From Octopus vulgaris (taxonomy: Eukaryota): DNA of 64,000 nt. Below the pieces are notes generated by a model. The model was not told the origin of the DNA. It saw nothing but the letters and a program-made list of their open reading frames with translations, and made no database searches. The stretch spans positions 30,008,001 through 30,072,000 of the forward strand of contig OX597819.1 of NCBI GenBank assembly GCA_951406725.2, read 5' to 3'. The position numbers and the translations under genes were made by a program. Below, in pieces: positions 38,294 through 53,037 of the stretch (within the stretch, counting starts at the first letter, position 1; each line of letters opens with the position of its first letter).

Positions 38294-39172
38294 TGAGGTC
38301 TGATCACATAAGTATACGGATTGTTGGCACAGTAACGAAGCTAAATCAGGCAGAGTAAAGCCGCTTAGCAAAGATTGGCCTTCAACTCTGCTGTGCATGC
38401 GCACTAAGTTTTAACATTCTAGCCCACTTCCGCTGTCTAAAGCAGTGCTTTGAAGGTGTGTAGCATTTGATCGTCGCATTGACCATGACAGAGAAAGTTG
38501 TCATGGCAATACTTGCTCAGAGGCCAACACAAAGTTGTAGAAAGAGTGTGGCGAGAAGTGTATGAGTTGCACACGAGTGTACGAATGGTCTGGACGTTTC
38601 CAAGATGGCTGAAAAAGTCGATCGTGACGAACATTCTGAGAGACCTGTAACCAGCAGAACTGAGAAAAACTTCGCAGATGTGCATGCTGCTGTGAGGGGA
38701 AATCATCGAATCACCATCCATGAATTATCAGAGGATGTGCAGATTAGTTATGGTTCAGTTCAGTCCTTTATCACTGAAGATATGGGTATGAGATGCGTGT
38801 CTGCCAAATTTGGGCCAAGACTGCTTTCAGCTAATCAAAAAGACACCTGGGTTTCAGTTGCACAAGATCTCCTTGATTGTGTCGAGAACGATGAAGACTT
38901 TGCGTAGGCCTCTCAGCAGGTATCGCCAAGCTTTTGGCAAAATTTGATGCAGATTCTCTGCTCAACTTTCTCTGTCATGGTCAGTGCGACGATCACAGAC
39001 TACACACTTTACTTCCAAGCACTGCTGTAAAAATTGGAAGTGAGCTACAACGTCAAAACTTAGTGCGTGTGCACAGCAGAATTGAATGGCAATCTGTGTC
39101 AAGCGGCTTTACTCTGTGTGCTTTAGCTTCGTTACTATGGCAACAGTCCGCATATTTATTGATCAGACCACG
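38294..39172. mobile_element. mariner derivative built from two inverted 5' ends
   Basis: ~205-bp inverted arms, TA flanks. Internal HTH remnant (RPVTSRTEKNFADVHAAVRGNHRITIHELSEDVQISYGSVQSFITEDMGMRCVSAKFGPRLLS). The right arm encodes MTEKVEQRICIKFCQKLG on the minus strand. Confidence 0.85.
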
Positions 39173-39374
39173 TATATATATATAGCCAAGTAGCCAAAGT
39201 TTTTTTAATGTTTGGAGTTGATAGGGATGTATAATAGTAAGATGTACCGTAATAGCGGCGAAGAGGTAACGTAGACGAAAATATATAAGAAATTAAATGA
39301 CTGCATAAATGATAATAATAATAATAATAAAATTGGATATTCTCTATTTCCTGTTTTCCTTGTACTGATTAGTT

Positions 39375-39455
<81 letters not shown>

Positions 39456-39476
39456 TTCATAATAGAATATAAGGAT

Positions 39477-39865
39477 GGGATGGGAAGCACTCGGTCGGTT
39501 ACGACGACGAGGGTTCCGGTTGATCCGAATCAACGGAACAGCCTGCTCGTAAAATTAACGTGTAAGTGGCTGAGCACTCCACAGACACGTGTACCCTTAA
39601 CGTAGTTCTCGGGGATATTCAGCGTGACACAGAGAGTGACAAGGCCGGCCCTTTGAAATACAGGTACAACAGAAACAGGAAGTAAGAGTGAGAGAAAGTT
39701 GTGGTGAAAGAGTACATCAGGGATCACCACCATCCCTGCCGGAGCCTCGTGGAGCTTTAGGTGTTTTCGCTCAATAAACACTCACAACGCCCGGTCTGGG
39801 AATCGAAACCGCGATCCTACGACCGCGAGTCCGCTGCCCTAACCACTGGGCCATTGCGCCTCCAC
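39477..39865 (-). mobile_element. SINE family A, tail type 4
   Basis: 11-bp TSD AATATAAGGAT at 39466-39476 and 39866-39876. Confidence 0.9.
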
Positions 39866-40239
39866 AATATAAGGATACAAGACACGTTAATGATATTAAT
39901 CATGTAGTCCGCATGCTATAAAAATTCAGAGGCACTTTATACATTTAACTAATAATAATGTACATATGCATATAACTATATCAAGGGAGCAAGGACGAAA
40001 ACGTCCTATTTCCAGCATGCTTGAAATACCGATACCTTCAAAATCTACAAAACTTCCATAATTTTTTACTTAAATAATGATTGTTATTCGCACATTATGG
40101 TAGGGAGAATTTAGTGAATCGACAGAAATCATTAGTACAAACCAAAGAAGCATTATACCAATATTTATATGGTATTCAACTGATGTTGAACTGGATGTTT
40201 AACACACCCCTTTAAAGGATTTCTTTTCGTCAGTTTGTT

Positions 40240-40282
<43 letters not shown>

Positions 40283-40462
40283 AATGGAAGTGTTTTAATA
40301 CTTTTCCGCACATACAACAATAGCCATACTATCAACCCAACATACCTCCATTATCAGCTGCCCCCACGGATATCACTATGGTTTCGACATCTGGGCAATA
40401 TCATTCAATCCGACGGTGTCAACAGCACTAAAATGTTGTTTGGCAACAAACACACACACACA

Positions 40463-40561
<99 letters not shown>

Positions 40562-42886
40562 ATATGTATATATATATACTGTTGTATATAATGGTTGTTC
40601 ATGACGCAGGAAAATTTTTTTATTCGATGATGAATGTCACCGCGCGCAGCTAGTAATCAAAACTAAAGGTGGTTTTAAAATAATGTGAAAACTCAGGTCT
40701 GGATCTCGATACTAAAGCTTTTTTTTTTCCCTAGGTTCACTGGTGGAATTAAACTCAGCCCTGCAATTTACGATCTACTTTCCAATGTGGTCGAGTTAAT
40801 CAAATAACCACGGACAAAACATATTGTATATGACTAGGCACGAATCATAGATAACTCAGCTGGCTTCTACTCATTCTCCATTTCGTTTGCTTTCATATAC
40901 CTTCGATTATTCCGGGTCAAATGAAAACAGATTCTACAGTTTTCTCTTTGCTTCTCATAACAGTTGTAAGATGCATTCAACGAATTTAGATTCTATTCTA
41001 TTTCAATACTTTTACAAACGTTTTTTTTTTTTTCTTATTTTCTTCTGAAAGTCTTACCTTCGTTTTAGTGGGAGTGTTTTGGCGTTTTTTTTCTACGTCG
41101 TCATTCTTCTGTAATATTTTCTTCGTTCAGAAAGTTTGTTCTTTATCGCCTGATTAACAACTTTCAGCCTCTTGTTTTGTAATCACGTCCTCTCACAAAA
41201 AATATATCTGAACTTGGCTTACCTTTTTCTTTAAAAAAAAAAATGAAAGAAACAAAACTAAAATTTATCGAATCAGAACTACGTGTTTCAGTGATTCGGT
41301 ACAACAGTTTGTTAGATAACGAGTTTTAAGACTAAATAAGCAGATAGAATGCAGATCGACTGATTAACACCCATTACATTTAGTTCCCTTCTTTTTTTAA
41401 GTGACAAATTATTATTCAAAATTATATTTTCTTTCTGCATATTTTCTACTATTTCCTAACAACTTGCAATTATTTTATAAAATACAGAATCTAACCTATT
41501 TAGGCTCTTTTCCCCCCCAACATATTTCCGTTTTCTTCTCGTTTACAGTACATTTTGTGGTAATTTATCTCAATTCAATATTCCTATTTAACAACTCGCT
41601 TCAATTTCAATATATTTTTTAAGGTAATTATGATACTTAACGTAGCAGCATTTGCCTTTTAATGTGTTACATACTTATAAGAAACTTGTAATTCAAGCTT
41701 GTCTTACTCATATACTTGTGTATGCAAGTATGTTGCTTGCGTATCTATGTACTTGTGTGCGCGCGCCTGCTTGTTTCCTTTTTAGATCTACGCTTAATCT
41801 TTTTTGAAAATCTCATTGGATTTCAGACATTTGCGTGAAAATTCAAATTTAACTTGTTAATATATTGCTTACAAAAGTATGCCACTATTTATAAAGAAAC
41901 ATCTCAAGTAGAGAAGAATATTTTCTTCCAATACTGAATATTTGCCCCGAGAAAACATTTCTTTTGAAGCAAGAAGCACCACACGAAAACTCTTCTTTGT
42001 TGAAGTCATTATCTTTAAGAATTAAATCTCGATAACTTAAAGGCTAATTTATTAAATTATAAGCAGGAATTCTTGTCTTCAGGAGATCGGAGCGAACATA
42101 AATATAATTGGTTGGAATGTAAATAGAAAGATTTTTTTAGATGTAGTTCACAACTTAGTAGCTGAGTTTCAGTATATTCTGTGATGGAGCTCATATTATT
42201 ATTTGATATCTGAACAACTAGTATTGTTTGTTTCCTTGTATATTCTATCTTTAAACTTTAGATTTATGTATCCGCAACTACATATATTGTTGATCCATCA
42301 TATGAAGAATATTTCATCCCCAACCCCGACAAAAAAAAAACGTCTACCCAACAATGTCTGTAAAACTGAACTGCTATGACAAACAGCTTTAATAATTAAA
42401 GCAATTTATAGGCCCCTATTCTCATTTTCACAGTCATTAAATTACAGTTGTGTTTCAATTTGATAATCCTATAACATTCACAAACTGCCAGTTTAATCAA
42501 CTCGTTCAGACCTTACAATGCAGAGACAGCAACTGCAATTATGTTTGAATAAAAACAAATTACGTGCTCTAAAGTGATGTCACGCGTTTTGTTGTTCATT
42601 GTTTCTTTCTAATATGTGTGCCCGTTTGTCTATCTGTATGTATGTATGTATGCATATATGTGTATATGTGTATATACACACACACATACGCACACATACA
42701 AACAAGCACACACACACATTTTGTAGTAAAGTAGTTGTCAACTCTGTGATTTTTCGTTCGAAAATTTTGCTCGATATCTTGGTATAAGTTTTCTAATGTA
42801 GACTAGGATTTATTTGCGAGTGTAATTTGGCAGTGATGAATTATACACATATCCGCCATTCTTCTATCTATCATTGTATCTATCAT

Positions 42887-43040
<154 letters not shown>

Positions 43041-43049
43041 GTAAATTCT

Positions 43050-43370
43050 TTTATTCTTTTATTCTTTAATTTGTCTCAATCATTTGAGTGGAGCCATGTG
43101 GAGTACCGCCTTTAGTCGAACAAATCGACCCCAGGACTTATTCTTTGTAAGCGTAGTACTTATCCTATCGTTCTCTTTTGCCGAACCGCTAGGTTACGGG
43201 GACGTAAAGACACCAACATCGGTTGTCAAGCGATGGTAGGGGAACAAACGCTGACACCTAAACACATACACACGCACATACACACGCACATATATATACG
43301 ACGGGCTTCTTTCAGTTTCTGTCTACCAAATCTACTCACAACGCTTTGCTATATTAGAAGACATTTGCCC
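43050..43370 (-). mobile_element. SINE family B, 5'-truncated
   Basis: Family B tail and part of the body in reverse orientation. Confidence 0.78.
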
Positions 43371-43519
43371 ATCGAATTAAGTACTATTACAATCAACACA
43401 TTTTTGCCAACGAGTTACAAGTTTGCTTATTCCCGTAACATAAAAATCTGGAGTTCTGGTGCTGATGAACTCTTTGAACGCACACATTACATGTAAACAT
43501 TACATATATATATATATAT

Positions 43520-43602
<83 letters not shown>

Positions 43603-43604
43603 TA

Positions 43605-44148
43605 CGGGCAAAACGCCCCCCTGAGTGGTGAGTTGTCAAACATTTAAACCAAATTTTCTGAAAACAACTTGTCCGACCGTCCTATAGGCCTCCCCTTTGA
43701 GAAACACTGATTCAACCTAAATTTCAGACACCAGCAAAAGAAGAAATAAAGATAGACTTTTTTCTATTCCAAAAAAAACGATTTTATTCACACAAATATG
43801 CAACCGAGGAGTTTAAAGTACCAGTAATGATAAGGCTGTTAACTGGGAGAACACAAACATGGTTTAAACAGTAAGCTTGGCAGGAAAGAAACGTGCCTTT
43901 AAGCAGTACAAAAACAGCAAAAAATGGAAAGTGCAGTTATGTACCTGTTGACGGAAGAAAAGCAGGACAAAAACGGCTTTATCTATCGCATTCTCCCCTG
44001 GAATCGATTTTTGTAATTTTTTCAAGACTTACACACGCCCTGATACCGTCAGTATCTACATATCAAATTTGAGTGCAATCGGATGGAGGATACCCGAGAT
44101 CCTAGAAGACACACACACAGACAGACAGAACGGATTTTATATAATAGA
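43605..44148 (-). mobile_element. probable non-autonomous Helitron-type element (5' part)
   Basis: Minus strand starts A|TCTATTATATAAAATCCGTTCTGTCTGTCTG, similar to the 5' end of the 19587 element; no CTAG 3' end found. Confidence 0.5.
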
Positions 44149-44162
44149 TATACACATTACAC

Positions 44163-44215
<53 letters not shown>

Positions 44216-44822
44216 CAGAAAGAGAAATATATATATATATATATATACAGAAAGAGAAAATATGAAACAATATAGTTTTGTTTCACAGGATTAAGAAGTA
44301 TATTAGTCATAATAATAAAGATATACAATTTTGTGCGAATATTTTCTACCAACTGTCGCGACCCAGGATCCTGTCCACTTGACCAACGATTTATGACTAA
44401 ATCTATCACATATGAGGCAGAAGTTACTGCAACCCTAAATAATAATATAACTGATAAGAAGACCTATATTGGATTATGTGATGGAAAATTTTAAAATCGC
44501 TATGTCAATCACATAGCCCCCTTCCGACATAGGGACGAAAGTAAAGCTACTAAGCTGGTTAGCTACGTATGGACTTTAAAGGATATCGAAACACCGCATG
44601 TGATGGAATGGAAATAATTGAGAAATCCATACCTTATGTGAATGGATCGAATAAATGCAGACTTTGGCTGAAAGAGCGCAGATCCTGTTTAGATCTAAGA
44701 TGCTTAACTCTCTATTGATATCCAGGTAAAAAATTTTCAGTGGTTTCATGCATATTTATAAATATATTCTAAAGAATTGGAAAATTCTGCTTATTCCTGA
44801 CTGACTTCATATATTTCCAACC

Positions 44823-44923
44823 TTATCATTTAAGGTCTAATGAGGATAGCTATTTTATTATTTAAGGTCTAAATGAGGATAGCTCTTTTTATTATTTAAG
44901 GTCTAATGAGGATAGCTCTTTTA
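44823..44923. repeat. 3 x ~31-bp tandem repeat
   Basis: Unit ATTTAAGGTCTAATGAGGATAGCTCTTTTATT, inside the PLE 3' UTR. Confidence 0.9.
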
Positions 44924-45076
44924 CCTTTTTACCTTTTTACTTTTTATTTTTGACATTTTAGTTTCTGGTTTTCGTTTTCCGTTGTTTACTGTCTGTATTT
45001 TCTATATACTGCCTTCTCAGTTTTTTTTTTCGCTTTTCTACTATCATTCAATTTCTTTGTTATGATATATAGTTTA

Positions 45077-45127
45077 CGCCTGAAGAATATGTTTGAGTTA
45101 TCTCAACATATGAAACTATTAGTAGCG
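45077..45127 (+). ncRNA. hammerhead ribozyme
   Basis: CGC-CTGAAGA (45080-45086)-ATATGTTTGAG TTAT CTCAACATAT-GAAA-CTA T TAG-TA-GCG; canonical core, long stem II, GUA triplet. Confidence 0.8.
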
Positions 45128-45224
45128 CTTTAATACGTGTATTGTCACCTTTCAAATAAATAATATTTATCTCCTCTCACCAGATGGAGTAATTTTTTGC
45201 TGAATTTTCTAGCACGTATCAGTA

Positions 45225-45288
<64 letters not shown>

Positions 45289-45649
45289 GTGTGTTTGTGT
45301 GTGTGTGATTATTATTCTTTGTATAAGAATACGTGTATGTCTCTATATAGACGTAAGTAGATTTATCCATTTACATATATGTGCGGGCATCTATGTATGT
45401 ATATGTGTAGTGATCTAAAGACCTAGTCAACTATCTAGAAATAACTTTATTTATAAATGTTTACGATGTCAAACGAGATCATACGCTATCTTCTCTCATC
45501 TCTCCTAGCATCAGTCTTTCCCCCTCCACTTACTTCCTTATATTTCTCTATTCCGGTAAAATGTGGTATTTTAAGGAATCATGTGTTGTTGGGCTTTCTG
45601 TGTGTTGGGCTTTCTGTGTGTTGGGCTTTCTGTATGTATATATATAGAC

Positions 45650-45734
<85 letters not shown>

Positions 45735-45736
<2 letters not shown>

Positions 45737-45912
45737 GTTTACGAAAAAAACAAAAAACGAAGACAGGTGCTGTACAAAACAAACAGATGTATTAGTATAA
45801 CGCTGAGGAATAGAATAAGTATTTTACGTTTCGAGCCTACGCTCTTCTACAGAAAGGGACACAGAAAAAACAAGGAGAGAAAAAAATGTGTGTAGTGGCT
45901 AACGATCTATCT
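45735..45912 (-). mobile_element. Penelope-like terminal repeat Y with variant HHR
   Basis: CTGTAGA-A-GAGC GTAG GCTC-GAAA-CGTA at 45824-45855; duplicate of 47184-47385. Confidence 0.7.
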
Positions 45913-46790
<878 letters not shown>

Positions 46791-47068
46791 CTCCACTTAC
46801 TTCCTTATGCTTCTCCAGCCAATCCCCTCCCCGATCAGACTCTTTGACGAGTTTTTCTTTATAAACTTGATGCTAACTTAAACTCTTCACTCTCCGGCCG
46901 AATTCGGGTCGTTGCAGTCATAAGGAATTATGTACACGTTCTTGAGAAGTTCTAAATGTTTAATACTTACCTGTATTCACCCGATGAAAACAGCTTTTGC
47001 ATCATGTCAAACTTCTGTTCATCAATAAAAAAAAACACGCTTGAAACAGCTATAATGAACCACAACCC

Positions 47069-47492
<424 letters not shown>

Positions 47493-47582
47493 ATAAAACG
47501 GTAAGATAACAAAAGAAAGAAAGAGACCTCAATATTATGTAAATAGAGGAAATTTATCTATACAATATGTTACATTACTCGG

Positions 47583-47656
47583 TAGTCAAGATAAAACTCT
47601 GAGTTTCAGATGCCGAAGTGGAAATCCACAACACCATCTCTTCGGTTATCTGGCTA
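47583..47656 (-). ncRNA. hammerhead ribozyme-like motif in the PLE 3' UTR
   Basis: AGATAA-CCGAAGA-GATG..GTGGA/TCCAC..CATCT-GAAA-CTC A GAG-TT-TTATCT; stem I AGATAA/TTATCT; core has U4>C. Confidence 0.68.
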
Positions 47657-47845
47657 TTTGAAAACGTTATGAAAAAATACCGTTAAAAATGAAGGGAAAT
47701 TACTCTGTTATAACTCTGCTTTGCCTGCGTACTTATACATCGCTCGCATTTTTCGTCATAAAAATTATATAAAAATACATAAAAATATATAAAAATATAT
47801 AAAAATATATAAAATCTTCTTGGGACATAACACAGAAAGCATGTT

Positions 47846-48968
47846 CTATCCGTTTTCTTTAGGGGACCAAAAACGTAACAGAAATTTAGTCACATGTGGG
47901 CATGATCCGAAAAGCTCTGTCCTTGTATTTAGACATGTGGTAGGGTCTAAGCTGCTTTTCCAGATAAGCCATCTCTCCATGTCGCATAAACCGCACCTTC
48001 CGCTGCCGTTAGTATAGGGCTTACATCTGGCCAAAATCTTCCATTGTATGTTATAATCGACACCTTTATCTCTTAAAGACCAAATATGATTGGATAATTG
48101 TGTCGCTTTTCTTTTGTTCCAGTGCCTAAAGCTCAAAGTGTGGTTATTGAACCTGGCCTTGAAATTACCCTCTGTCAGGCCCACGTATTTCTTCGTCGAA
48201 ACGGTGTCTTTAGTGGTTATAGAGTTTACGGTAGCTTCATATATGATGGTCTTGGACATGCAAGCTCCATTTAGCGGGCACAATTCTTTATTCCTGCATG
48301 AACAGCTGTTTTCTTCTTGTGTTTTTTGTATGTTATGATTGATTATGTTTTTAAAATTGGTAGTTGAACTAAAACTAATTTTTAAATTGTGTCTATTGAA
48401 GAGTTTCCTATAAGCATGGTTAACTGGAAAATGTCTATCTATCAGTGCTAGGAAATATTTACCTATATTGAAGGCCACCTCGGGTGAGTAAGGGGGCGTA
48501 AACCAGATGACCTTCCTATTTCTATTATTCCTTTTCCTTATTGTTGGGCTGGTGATAGGTGTATATTTTATTTTTTCGCTAAAACCACTATCTTTTAAAG
48601 CTTTATTATAAACTGGGGCAACGCTATTGAAGATGTCCTCATTAGATGAGAGGCTAGAAATCCTCTTACTAATATTTTTAACTAAATTTTTGAATACTAT
48701 AGGGGGATGGCATGAACCTACATTAATATAACTTAGTCTATCATTGGGCTTCCTATAAGGCTTATAAATATTATTATTAAGATCTAAGGAAACGTCTAAG
48801 AAATTGACAACCGTCAGGTTAGTGTCTATAGTTATACTAAGTCCGAAGTGTTTCATTAACTGGATAATATCCTTCCTAAAACGATCTTGTGCTGGTCCAT
48901 TTGTATTAGCTGTTAAGGCGAGGGCATCATCTTTGTAGATGGCGAAATGTACGTTAGGGAATGTCTTA

Positions 48969-48970
<2 letters not shown>
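47846..48970 (-). CDS. Penelope-like reverse transcriptase (C-terminal part) + GIY-YIG endonuclease, 5'-truncated
   Basis: The 336-aa ORF extends 38 stop-free codons upstream to 48970, adding FAIYKDDAL (RT YxDD). Then NFLDVSLD, WFTPPYS, CSCRNKELCPLNGAC, IIYEATV...KYVGLTEGNFKARFNNH (GIY-YIG) and CGLC...CPH. Confidence 0.92.
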
Positions 48971-49012
<42 letters not shown>

Positions 49013-49014
<2 letters not shown>

Positions 49015-49246
49015 CTTCTCCGGCCCGGGCGGTTTATCACCCATGAAGTCCAGGCTCGACCGAAAGTGTTTTGTAGCATTTTTTGTAGCATATTTTGTAA
49101 CACTTAAAAACACTCTCTCTCTCACACACATGTACATACATATGGGTGCGTATATTAATGTGTAGTTATGTTTACCGATGTAAACCGAATTTTGCCAAAA
49201 CGTGAAACTAAAAAACATAGATAGATACAATAAATATTGAGGTTGA
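49013..49246 (+). repeat. repeat X, copy 2
   Basis: Near-identical to 46384-46620. Confidence 0.8.
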
Positions 49247-50576
49247 TCAGATCGACTAAAAGGATTCGAGAAGGCACATTCAACCCTCACAATACACTTT
49301 AGTTTGAATGAATGACACTGAAATGCCATAAAACCACCTTCGCTTTAAACACTCCCTTCCACAACACACGTGACGTTTCTGTATTAAAAATAATGTCGGT
49401 TTGTCAAAAGCAAAATTCATTAATATCAAGTGTAAAACCGAATTATACTGGAGTTAAACTGATATTTGAAGGAATATAGTATATAAAGGAGAAGTTAAAC
49501 TGATATTTTAGTGTGGAATATGTTATATAAAGCGTCTATATCTTAGAAGTATTCGTTATTTTTTATTAATTTTTTTCTATAAAGTAGTATAAATAGAAAC
49601 AATAAACGTTGAATATCGTTGGCAGAATGTTTCTTGAAGAATTGAAAGGATATCACGAGGATTATGATGTCGTCTGCCACTTTACTTATAGCATTACGAT
49701 AACCACGGAGCTGATAAGATCGCATAAAATGTTTTCAGACGCCACCAACTTTTTGATACCGTTTTAAATTCTTCGTTCGTGCTGGTAATTCACAAAAGTG
49801 AAGACACTATGAACTAAAGATAGCTGAATGCAGATTGTTGATCACATGACTTAGCGCAAACTAACTCCTTAAAACATAAAATATGTTTCAGTAAGTAAAA
49901 TTTAATGCTTCCAAAAGATTCTATGGAAAATCCAGTGGCTAGTTCTACAGAATACATATAGCTTTCCCTTTGCAAATATATCTGAATTTCAACCAAGCAT
50001 TTCACATAAAATATATTTCTGATTTTCATTGAAAAGCTCACAAGGAAATGATTGACCATTAAAAATAAATAAATGAATAAAAGCTAACCCATAAAAGAAA
50101 ATTACTTTTCAAATGTTATTGCCGAAGATACGCAGAAGTGTAGCTAAAATCTCCTATTGCTTAAACGACTGTTTATTTTGCTAATGCTTCATCGGCACAC
50201 AGAATGAATGATTACAGTTAGGGAAGTGCCTGTAGACAAGAGAAAAGGATCAAAGACGCCATGCATCCTTTTATGAAGTTATTTCGACAACGGTGACTAC
50301 TATATGACCGTATTAACTGCTCAATCTTCCAAATGTTAAAACAGACAGTAAATGAGATGCGAACATTAAGGTTCTGTTTTAATTCCAAACAAATTCTTAT
50401 GAGAAAACCAAAATTGATATTGAAAGCACTGCACACAATTTTACCAAACCTACTGAAAATGAATAAATAAAAGGAACGAATAAAATGGTTATTATTCAGT
50501 CAAACGGATGTCTGCTGTATAATAGGAAAGTAAACTTATAGTATGAATCGACAAATCACATAAACAAGGAGACATT

Positions 50577-50610
<34 letters not shown>

Positions 50611-50636
50611 GCTACTGCTGCTGCTGCTTACTACTA

Positions 50637-50677
<41 letters not shown>

Positions 50678-50770
50678 TACTACTACTACTACTTCTACTA
50701 CTACTGCTTACTACTACTACTGCTACTACTGCTTACTACTACTACTACTACTACTACAACTACAATAATA
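50577..50770. repeat. compound (CTA)n/(CTG)n trinucleotide repeat
   Basis: Directly visible. Confidence 0.95.
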
Positions 50771-50774
50771 ATCA

Positions 50775-51335
50775 TTTCAACTATAGGCACAGGACCTGAA
50801 ATTTGGGCGGGGAGAAGACAAGTCGATTACGTCGACCTCAGTGTTTCACTGGTACTTAATTCATCGACCCCGAAAGGATGAAAGGCAAAGTCGACCTCGG
50901 CGGAATTTGAACTGGTTTCAAATTTTACCATAAGGGCAGCAAGCTGGAGGGCGGGGACGGGTCGATTACATCGACTCAAGTGTTTCACTAATACGTAATT
51001 TATCGACCCCGAAAGGATGAAAGGCAAAGTCAATCTCGGCAGAATTTGAACTCAGAAGGAAAAGCCTGAAGAAATGCGCTAAGCAATTTGTCCGGCCTGT
51101 TAATGATTCTGCCAGCTCGCTGCCTTAATAATAATAATAATAATGGTTTCAAATTTTGTCATAGGGGCATCAACTTTGGGGGAGGGAATGAGTCGATCAC
51201 ATCGACCCCGGTATTCAACTGGTACTTAATTTATCGACCCCGAAAAATGAAATGCAAAGTCGACCTCGACAGAATTTGAACCTAGAACGTAGCGACGGAC
51301 GACCCATTACATGACTGGTACTTAATTTATCAACC
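50775..51335 (-). mobile_element. tandem array of three to four partial SINE family C units
   Basis: GTCGATTAC.TCGAC...ATCGACCCCGAAAGGATGAAAGGCAAAGTC recurs at ~50822, ~50961 and ~51192. Confidence 0.82.
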
Positions 51336-51488
51336 GGAACTCTCGCCGTCACAACCGATCAATGCCAACTTCTTGACACTTTCATTTAACTTTCAGTGTA
51401 TATACTGGAAGACAACGGCTCCCTTTTCACCCTCATCTTCTTCTTGACGAGCAATTTGATGATGATGAAGGTTTGACCAAGAAGGAAA

Positions 51489-51790
51489 CGTGGAGGCACA
51501 TGGCCTAGTGGTTAGAGCAGCGGACTCCCGGTCGAGGGATCGCGGGTTCGAATCTCAGACCGGGCGATGTGTGTGTTTATGAGCGAAACACCTAAGCTCC
51601 TCGCAGCTCCGGCAGAAGGTAACGGCGAAACTTCTGCTGATTCTTTCGCCACAACTTTCTCTCACTCTTTTCTCCTGCATCTTGCAGCTCACCTGCGACG
51701 GACCGGAGTCCCGTCCAGGTGGGGAACCTATACGCCAAGAAACAGGGAAACCGGCCCTTATGAGCCAGGCATTGCTCGAGAAGGAACAAA
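51489..51790 (+). mobile_element. SINE family A, tail type 1
   Basis: 11-bp TSD CAAGAAGGAAA at 51478-51488 and 51791-51801. Confidence 0.9.
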
Positions 51791-52049
51791 CAAGAAGGAA
51801 AGTGTTAGTCTTCAGTTCTTAAGACCTATCTACCGTCCAGTCTCTTTCGCCAGGCCCGACAGATAAAGTAACGCTGGACACTCTACTCGTAGCTTCATTC
51901 CAGTTCCTGTCCACCTGAACACCTGAAACACACCTCCAGCAGCTTAGCCACAACAATGGCTGGTGTGGATTTTCCTCCCATGTACTATGTCCATCGACTT
52001 CGAAACGTGTACTCTTTTAGCATAGTGCTGCCTTAATAATAATAATATT

Positions 52050-52272
52050 ACGGCAGCAATCTGGCAGAACCGTTAGCATACAGGTCAAACTGCATTGCGG
52101 AATTTCATTTGCTTTTACGTTCTGGGTTCAAATTTCGCCGGGGTCGTCTTCGCCTTTCATCTCTTTGGGATCGATTCATCTCTTTGGGATCGATTGAACA
52201 CTGGGTCGACTTATAACCGACTTATATTCTTCCACAAAATTGCTGGTCTTGTACCAAATTTTGAAACCAATA
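52050..52272 (+). mobile_element. SINE family C, diverged
   Basis: Family C motifs with a local duplication of TTCATCTCTTTGGGATCGATT. Confidence 0.7.
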
Positions 52273-52850
52273 TTTGATGTATCTGACACCATCACAGTGA
52301 CATCGTCTATGACTGTTCCTCAACACATTCCCCAACCATGTGGCTTCTGGTTCATTTGTACAACGTATGACCTTGAGCAAACGTCTTCTACAATAGCTCC
52401 GGGCTGACCAGTGCTTTGTGAGGAAATTTGATCGACGGAATCTGAGAGAAAACTTAATATGAGTGTACGCACGTGAGTGTGCGTGGTGTGTGTGTGTAAG
52501 TGTGCATGAGTGTTTGCGCGTGGCGGATCTCCGACATTCCACGATGTGAATTCAGTTATCTGACCAACTTGATTAACCTGGAAGTGGCTGAGTATTCCAC
52601 AGACAAATGTACATTTAAAGTAATTCTCGGGTAGAATCAGTTGGCACAGTATGTGACAAGGCTGTACCTTTCCAATTACAGGATCAGTCCACTCGACAAA
52701 TTCCATCTACACACTCTCACATGAAAGGTATCGGTCAAACCGAGGGTATGGAAAATGATATTTGCCCAAGATACTGCATTGTAAAATCTAACCTTCTTAC
52801 ACATGACAGCAAATGTATCTCTTTACCATTCGGGCACACTACGCCTTACA

Positions 52851-52896
<46 letters not shown>

Positions 52897-53037
52897 AGAG
52901 AGAGCGTGAGCGTGTACATCATAAACATATATATATATATGCATACGTACACACACATGTATACATACACACACATGCACATACATACATATATATACAC
53001 ACAAACACACATGTATGTATGCATGCATGTATACCCA

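Larger units (their letters stand above)
44270..45228 (+). pseudogene. decayed Naiad-type Penelope-like element 3' part (GIY-YIG + terminal repeat)
   Basis: NCRDPGSCPLDQRFMTKSITYEAEV...KKTYIGLCDGKF*NRYVNH aligns with the 47846 ORF; followed by a UTR with HHR and (TA)n. Confidence 0.8.

Noticed and set aside
44823-44923. CRISPR-like array
   Set aside because: Units are directly adjacent with no unique spacers, in a eukaryotic PLE UTR.
47846-48970. Selenocysteine-encoding Naiad
   Set aside because: No in-frame TGA; the conserved Cys positions are ordinary Cys codons.
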